A stretch of DNA of 64,000 nt, taken from positions 4,655-68,654 of the forward strand of contig DWWV01000023.1 of the NCBI GenBank assembly GCA_019119535.1. The letters are read 5' to 3'. Shown here in pieces: positions 58,313-64,000 of this stretch; the stretch's first letter is position 1, and each line of letters begins with the position of its first letter. The notes under the pieces were generated by a model, which saw only the letters and a list, made by a program, of their open reading frames with translations, was not told the DNA's origin and made no database searches. A program made the position numbers and the translations under genes. This DNA comes from Candidatus Blautia merdigallinarum. Lineage in GTDB: Bacteria; Bacillota; Clostridia; Lachnospirales; Lachnospiraceae.

Positions 58313-59013
58313 AGCATAAAAAGGAGAAAAACGACGCAAAGAAAGGGAAAATCTTTACGGTTATCGGAAGAGAGATCGTTGTTGCTGTAAAAGAGGGCGG
58401 ACCGGATCCTGCAAACAACAGTAAACTGAGAGATGTGATCGCAAAAGCAAAAGCAAATAACATGCCCAACGACACGATTGAAAGAGGAATCAAGAAAGCT
58501 GCGGGAGACGCCAATGCTGATAACTTTGAAAAACTCACATATGAAGGATATGGGCCAAGCGGAGTGGCTATTATTGTAGAAACACTTACAGACAACAAAA
58601 ATCGTACAGCAGGCAATGTAAGAAGTGCATTTACAAAAGGAAGCGGAAATATCGGGACACCTGGCTCTGTATCTTTTATGTTTGATAAAAAGGGACAGAT
58701 CATCATTGATAAGGAAGAGTGTGAGATGGATGCTGATGACCTGATGATGACAGCTTTGGATGCAGGGGCTGAGGATTTTCAGGAAGAAGAAGACAGCTAC
58801 GAGATCCTTACGGATCCTGATGAGTTCAGCAAGGTGAGAGAAGCTCTTGAAGCAGCCGGAATTCCTATGGCGGAAGCGCAGATAGCGATGATCCCTCAGA
58901 ACTATGTAACACTTACAGACGAGCAGGATATCAAAAATCTGCAGAAAACACTGGATCTCCTTGAGGATGACGATGACGTTACGGATGTGTGGAACAACTG
59001 GGACGGAGAATAA
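58282..59013 (+). CDS. YebC/PmpR-family protein
   Basis: [29 protein letters not shown]. Confidence 0.95.
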   Translation: MSGHSKFANIKHKKEKNDAKKGKIFTVIGREIVVAVKEGGPDPANNSKLRDVIAKAKANNMPNDTIERGIKKAAGDANADNFEKLTYEGYGPSGVAIIVETLTDNKNRTAGNVRSAFTKGSGNIGTPGSVSFMFDKKGQIIIDKEECEMDADDLMMTALDAGAEDFQEEEDSYEILTDPDEFSKVREALEAAGIPMAEAQIAMIPQNYVTLTDEQDIKNLQKTLDLLEDDDDVTDVWNNWDGE

Positions 59014-59036
59014 ATTTAGTTAGGATACACATAATA
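59008..59036 (+). promoter_or_regulatory. SigG-type forespore promoter
   Basis: GAATA-17-CATAATA directly upstream of tepA. Confidence 0.5.
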
Positions 59037-59066
59037 CCTCCAGTAAATCAAACTGGAGGTATTTTT

Positions 59067-59768
59067 ATGTCTGAAGAGAAAGAAGAAAAACTGGAAGCTG
59101 TCCGGGAACAGAACCAGCAGATCCAGGATCTGGGAGAGGCTATGCTGGAAGAAAACGAGAAGAAATATCATATTCAGCTTCTGACCATCATCGGAGAGGT
59201 AGAGGGACATGAATGTCTTCCAAATAACAGCAAAACTACGAAATATGAACATATTCTTCCAAAGCTTGCAGTGATCGAGGACAGCCGGGAGACCGATGGT
59301 CTTCTGATTCTATTAAATACTGTGGGAGGAGATGTGGAAGCAGGGCTGGCCATCGCAGAGATGATCGCTTCCCTCAGCAAGCCTACAGTCTCCCTGGTAC
59401 TGGGAGGCGGACATTCCATTGGAGTTCCCATGGCAGTATCGGCGGACTATTCTTTTATTGTCCCCAGCGCTACCATGGTCATCCACCCAGTGCGGAGCAG
59501 CGGCATGTTTATCGGGGTTATGCAGACCTACCGCAATATGGAAAAAATCCAGGACCGGATCACCAGATTTATCGCAGGACACTCACATATGAAAAGAGAG
59601 CGGATCGAGGAGCTTATGCTGGATACCTCTCAGCTGGTAAAAGATGTGGGAACTATGCTGGAAGGAGAAGAGGCAGTTAAAGAGGGACTGATCGACGAGA
59701 CAGGAGGAATTCAGGAAGCAATGGAGAAGCTCTATGAATTGATTGAAAAAAGAAAAAACATATGCTAA
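59067..59768 (+). CDS. tepA: ClpP-like protein TepA
   Basis: IIGEVEGH, KTTKYEH, NTVGGDVEAGLAIAEMI, GGHSIGVP, IHPVR. Confidence 0.88.
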   Translation: MSEEKEEKLEAVREQNQQIQDLGEAMLEENEKKYHIQLLTIIGEVEGHECLPNNSKTTKYEHILPKLAVIEDSRETDGLLILLNTVGGDVEAGLAIAEMIASLSKPTVSLVLGGGHSIGVPMAVSADYSFIVPSATMVIHPVRSSGMFIGVMQTYRNMEKIQDRITRFIAGHSHMKRERIEELMLDTSQLVKDVGTMLEGEEAVKEGLIDETGGIQEAMEKLYELIEKRKNIC

Positions 59769-59814
59769 AATAAACTGTTGATAATATGAAAATACAAATG
59801 AAGAGGTTAGAACA

Positions 59815-60693
59815 ATGACGATAATCGAAGCATTGCTTCTGGGACTGATCCATGGAATCACAGAATTTATTCCCGTGAGCAGTTCCGGCCATATGGCAAT
59901 CATAGAGAACCTGTTGAAGATAAGCAGTGAGGAATGCCTTCCTTTTATGATCCTTGTCCATGTGGCTACTCCTGCAGCTGTGCTGGCGGCTTTACGGAAA
60001 GAGATAAAGAAAATTTTTATAGAATTTTGCAGAAGTGCCTACGACATATACGAAAATATCAGGATCTATTCTCATAACAGACACGAGAAAGATGCGAGAA
60101 GGTATAAGAAAATCATTTCTAATAACTATAGAAAACTGTTTTTGCTCCTGGTGACGGCAACGCTCCCTGCTATGGTGGAGACAGCTCTTCTCTGGAATAT
60201 GGCAGATTTGGCTGGAGGGAATTTTCTGGCTCCCGGGATGGGGCTTTTCATTACAGGAATCGTGCTATTGGTAGCTGATTTCTTCCCCAGAGGGAAAAAG
60301 ATTCCCAGGGATATCAGCTATTCCACTGCTTTAGTTATCGGACTTATCCAGGGCCTTACGGTGTTTCCAGGAGTTTCCCGTCTGGGGATCACTCTGGCGG
60401 TCTGTATGGGTTATGGATTTCAGAGAAAGTTTGCGGTGAAATATACCTTTCTGCTGTCTATCCCTGTGCTTATTGAGAGTGTTATCTTAGAATGCCTTCG
60501 CCTTGGAGGAACATCTGCAGGATGGCAGATGTGGGGAGGATATGCGGCAGGCGCCGCTGTGTCAGGAATTGCAGCTTATTTCTTCATTGGAAAAATGCTG
60601 AAAGTCCTGATGAACAAGAAACTTTACGGATTTTCTGTCTACTGCTTCCTTATTGGTGCGGCAGCAGTTGCAGGAAACTTTTTACTTGTGTAA
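59815..60693 (+). CDS. uppP: Undecaprenyl-diphosphate phosphatase (BacA family)
   Basis: GITEFIPVSSSGH, IGLIQG...PGVSR; multi-TM. Confidence 0.85.
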   Translation: MTIIEALLLGLIHGITEFIPVSSSGHMAIIENLLKISSEECLPFMILVHVATPAAVLAALRKEIKKIFIEFCRSAYDIYENIRIYSHNRHEKDARRYKKIISNNYRKLFLLLVTATLPAMVETALLWNMADLAGGNFLAPGMGLFITGIVLLVADFFPRGKKIPRDISYSTALVIGLIQGLTVFPGVSRLGITLAVCMGYGFQRKFAVKYTFLLSIPVLIESVILECLRLGGTSAGWQMWGGYAAGAAVSGIAAYFFIGKMLKVLMNKKLYGFSVYCFLIGAAAVAGNFLLV

Positions 60694-60756
60694 CCATTTT
60701 ATACCCCGTTGCTTTCGCAGCGGGGTTGTTGACTAAAAAATAAGGGGAGAATAAGA

Positions 60757-63276
60757 ATGGCAGCGAAAAAGGGCGCTACAGGAGGGAAAAAAAGAAAATC
60801 AACAGGAAAAAAGACAGGAACAAGAAAAAGAGAAGCCCCTGACAGAAGCATGGAGACAGAGATCTTTCTCTGGATCGTGCTTGCTTTGTCAGTAGTTCTT
60901 CTGCTCAGCAACTTTGGTATAGGGGGAGCTGTGGGGAACGCGTTCAGCAGCTTTTTCTTCGGACTGGTAGGACTGGTCTGTTATCCCCTTCCCTTTTTTC
61001 TGTTTTTAGGTACGGCTTTTGTGATCTCTAACAGTAAAAATCCCAGAGCCTATAGGAAAATGGCTGGTTTTATCCTGCTTTTTATTACTGCCTGCATGTT
61101 TATGCAGATGCTTACAGAAGGTGCGGTGTCAGAAGATAATCTGGGAGCTTATTTTCGCATTTCTGCAGAATATAAGACCGGAGGCGGCGTCCTGGGAGGA
61201 ATCTTGTGCCGCCTGTGCGTAATTGCCTTTGGCGCGGCAGGAACCTATGCGATCATTGTGTCCGCCCTGATGATCTCACTGGTGCTTATTACTCAGAAAT
61301 CCATCTTTGATATGATACGGAAGTTCAGCCAAACTATCTATGAAGGAGCGGCAAGAAGACAGGAAGAGAGAAAAGAAGCAGTGAGACTGCGCCGGGAGGA
61401 GAAAGAAAAACAGGACGAATTGGAAGAAAAGCGGAGACACCGCAGAGAGAGAACAGCCCAGGACAGCGAAGAAGTCTCAGAACAGTCGGGAAGAAAAAGG
61501 AAAAGAAGAGATTTTCGGGCTTCAGAAGCTGCTGCAATTTCTGAGAAAACGAGTACGAAAAGACAGACCTGGGAAGAACCGGAAGAAGAGATGCCCTTTG
61601 TACCTGAAAAAGCTTTTCCTATCCACAGAGGCGACCGCCTGGTCCAGGATCTGGAGGAAATCGCCGTAGCGGAGGAAGAGCCAAAAGAAGCGCAGAAAGA
61701 GGAAAAAGAAGAAAAGTCCAGAAAAAATCCGAAATCTTCACCGGAAGAAATCCGTCAGAGTGTGGATGAAGTAAAATCACAGATTGAAAATAAAGCGGCG
61801 GCAAAGAAAAAAGAGTACAAATTTCCACCTCTTTCTCTTTTGAAAAAAGGGAAAAATACCGGGGGAGATTCGAATACTCATCTGAGGGAGACTGCCAGAA
61901 AGCTTCAGGAAACCTTACATAATTTCGGAGTAAACGTGACCATTACCGACGTGAGCTGCGGTCCTACAGTGACTAGATATGAAATGCAGCCGGAACAAGG
62001 GGTAAAGGTCAGCAAGATCGTCAGTCTTACAGATGATATTAAGCTGAACCTGGCCGCAACAGATATTCGCATCGAGGCCCCTATTCCGGGGAAAGCAGCG
62101 GTGGGGATTGAGGTACCTAATGAAAATAACAGTACGGTCATGCTCCGGGATCTTATTCAGTCAGAAGCCTTTAAAAACTGTCCTTCCAAGCTGGCTTTTG
62201 CAGCAGGAAAGGATATCGGCGGCCGCCCGGTGATCGCTGATATTGCAAAAATGCCTCACCTTCTAATAGCAGGGGCAACAGGTTCCGGAAAATCTGTATG
62301 TATCAATACGATTATCGTCAGCCTTCTTTACAAAGCAGCCCCAGATGAGGTAAAATTAATCATGATAGACCCTAAAGTGGTGGAATTAAGCGCATATAAC
62401 GGAATTCCCCACCTTTTTATCCCGGTAGTGACAGATCCTAAAAAAGCTGCCGGAGCCCTGAACTGGGCTGTGGCAGAGATGATGGAGCGATATGACAAAT
62501 TTGCCCAGTACAATGTAAGGGATTTGAAAGGATATAACGCTAAGATTGAGGCTTTAGATGATATTGCAGACGAAGATAAGCCTAAGAAGCTGCCTCAGAT
62601 CGTGATCATTGTGGATGAGCTGGCGGATCTGATGATGGTGGCCCCTGGAGAAGTGGAGGACGCAATCTGCCGTCTTGCCCAGCTTGCAAGAGCGGCGGGA
62701 ATCCATCTGATCATTGCCACCCAGCGGCCTTCTGTAAATGTTATTACAGGACTGATCAAAGCCAATATGCCATCCAGGATTGCTTTTTCTGTGTCTTCCG
62801 GTGTGGATTCCAGAACTATTCTGGATATGAACGGAGCAGAAAAACTTTTGGGAAAAGGGGATATGCTCTTTTATCCTCAGGGCTATCAGAAGCCGGCCAG
62901 AGTCCAGGGGGCATTTGTGTCAGATCAGGAAGTTGCAGCAATTGTAAACTTTCTGTCCTCACAGCATCCGGAAATGGAGTATGACAAAGAAATACAGCAG
63001 AAAATCGAGTTGGCAAAGGAAACCGGGGGACAAAATCCCCAGGGAGGCTCCGAGAGGGACGCTTATTTTACAGATGCCGGAAAATTTATCATTGAAAAGG
63101 ACAAAGCTTCTATAGGAATGCTGCAGAGAGCCTTTAAGATTGGATTTAACCGGGCTGCCCGGATCATGGATCAGCTCTGCGAGGCTGGAGTGGTCGGTGA
63201 GGAAGAGGGTACAAAGCCCAGAAAGGTTCTGATGTCCATGGAACAATTTGAGCAATATATAGATGATTATTTATAA
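60757..63276 (+). CDS. ftsK: DNA translocase FtsK/SpoIIIE
   Basis: N-terminal 4TM, GPTVTRYE, HLLIAGATGSGKS, ATQRPS, C-terminal gamma domain IGFNRAARI. Confidence 0.95.
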   Translation: MAAKKGATGGKKRKSTGKKTGTRKREAPDRSMETEIFLWIVLALSVVLLLSNFGIGGAVGNAFSSFFFGLVGLVCYPLPFFLFLGTAFVISNSKNPRAYRKMAGFILLFITACMFMQMLTEGAVSEDNLGAYFRISAEYKTGGGVLGGILCRLCVIAFGAAGTYAIIVSALMISLVLITQKSIFDMIRKFSQTIYEGAARRQEERKEAVRLRREEKEKQDELEEKRRHRRERTAQDSEEVSEQSGRKRKRRDFRASEAAAISEKTSTKRQTWEEPEEEMPFVPEKAFPIHRGDRLVQDLEEIAVAEEEPKEAQKEEKEEKSRKNPKSSPEEIRQSVDEVKSQIENKAAAKKKEYKFPPLSLLKKGKNTGGDSNTHLRETARKLQETLHNFGVNVTITDVSCGPTVTRYEMQPEQGVKVSKIVSLTDDIKLNLAATDIRIEAPIPGKAAVGIEVPNENNSTVMLRDLIQSEAFKNCPSKLAFAAGKDIGGRPVIADIAKMPHLLIAGATGSGKSVCINTIIVSLLYKAAPDEVKLIMIDPKVVELSAYNGIPHLFIPVVTDPKKAAGALNWAVAEMMERYDKFAQYNVRDLKGYNAKIEALDDIADEDKPKKLPQIVIIVDELADLMMVAPGEVEDAICRLAQLARAAGIHLIIATQRPSVNVITGLIKANMPSRIAFSVSSGVDSRTILDMNGAEKLLGKGDMLFYPQGYQKPARVQGAFVSDQEVAAIVNFLSSQHPEMEYDKEIQQKIELAKETGGQNPQGGSERDAYFTDAGKFIIEKDKASIGMLQRAFKIGFNRAARIMDQLCEAGVVGEEEGTKPRKVLMSMEQFEQYIDDYL

Positions 63277-63296
63277 AAAATGAGGATTTGATATAG

Positions 63297-64000
63297 ATGA
63301 AGTGTGGAAACTGTGGTACAGATTTGGAAGAAGGAACCCTGTTTTGCCCTGTATGTGGAAAGGAAGTTCAGTGGGTGCCGGAATATAATACGCTGGAGAC
63401 CCTTATTAAGCAGAGAGAGCTTGAAGAGCAGGAAAAGAAACGCAGGGAAATGGAGGCCAGAAAGGAAAGAGAGAAAGAAGAGAGAAAAGCGGAATTAGAG
63501 AGGAAAAAGAAAAAGCATAAGCAGCAGATGATTGCCGGCATAGCAGGAGGAATTATAATCCTGGGCATCGCTGCTTTTGCATTTGTCTATCAGACACAGA
63601 TAAACTCTTTTGACTATCAGATAAGCCGGGCAGAAGCAGCTTACAAGGAAGGAGACTATGACAGCGCTCTCCAATATGCAGCCAGAGCCCAGGAATTGGA
63701 ACCAGACAATCCGGAAGCCGAAATTCTGGAAGCCAGGATCTATGTGCGTGATAACAATGCGTCAGCCGCTCAATCGATCCTCCTTTCTGTGATCGAGGAG
63801 AATCCGGAAAACACAACGGCCTATGGAGAACTTTTAAGACTTTATGAACAACAGGGTGAGTATACGGCTATCCGCGATCTTATGAACCAGGCCAACGGCA
63901 ATATGAGAGAAACCTATCAGAACTATGTTTGCTCTCTTCCGGAGATTTCTCAGGAGGGGGGCTCCTACAGCGAAGAAGTGACGATAGAAATTTCCAATAT
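63297..64000 (+). CDS. Zinc-ribbon / TM / TPR protein, 3' end outside the window (absent from the ORF track)
   Basis: My translation: MKCGNCG..FCPVCG, charged coiled coil, IAGIAGGIIILGIAAFAFVY, TPR-like repeats, then PEISQEGGSYSEEVTIEIS (start of an Fn3-associated/chitobiase-like domain). Confidence 0.8.
   Translation, partial: MKCGNCGTDLEEGTLFCPVCGKEVQWVPEYNTLETLIKQRELEEQEKKRREMEARKEREKEERKAELERKKKKHKQQMIAGIAGGIIILGIAAFAFVYQTQINSFDYQISRAEAAYKEGDYDSALQYAARAQELEPDNPEAEILEARIYVRDNNASAAQSILLSVIEENPENTTAYGELLRLYEQQGEYTAIRDLMNQANGNMRETYQNYVCSLPEISQEGGSYSEEVTIEISN

Noticed and set aside
1-64000. rRNA, tRNA, IS elements, integrases, prophage genes
   Set aside because: None recognised on either strand by eye; short or degenerate copies could be missed without tools.

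Overview
Chromosomal segment of a spore-forming Firmicute; gene content and style suggest Lachnospiraceae, Blautia-like (inference). (1) 1-2.0 kb: 3' part of spoIVA and a DUF3786 gene. (2) 2.0-17.9 kb: riboswitch-led anaerobic cobalamin operon cbiD-L-F-G-H-J/E/T-A-cobT-U-S-U2-C-cbiB-cobD-cbiP-cbiC. (3) 17.9-31.7 kb: accessory patchwork with a zinc-ribbon membrane protein, a non-coding 52-53 bp periodic array of inverted hexamers, GNATs, tag, a DUF362 Fe-S gene, LysR/AKR deletion remnants, an HxlR-flavoprotein module, a decaying ROK/O-acetyltransferase/RbsD module and yfcC-iadA. (4) 31.8-44 kb: cbiMNQ plus a CbiO-CbiK fusion under a second cobalamin riboswitch, divergent from hemA-sirC-hemC-cobA/hemD-hemB-hemL-mutS-like. 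(5) 44-64 kb: Cys-rich spore protein and two subtilases, Re-citrate synthase-gntR-icd, ABC-F, rex-nnr-alr-mazF (no antitoxin), hlyC-yebC-tepA-uppP-ftsK and a partial TPR protein. I saw no rRNA, tRNA, canonical CRISPR array, integrase or transposase. The most unusual items are the phased AACCGT-N18-ACGGTT array (19378-19621), the CbiO-CbiK fusion with a retained internal RBS/start, and a ~77-nt compact cobalamin riboswitch. All calls come from reading the sequence by eye; no searches were run.
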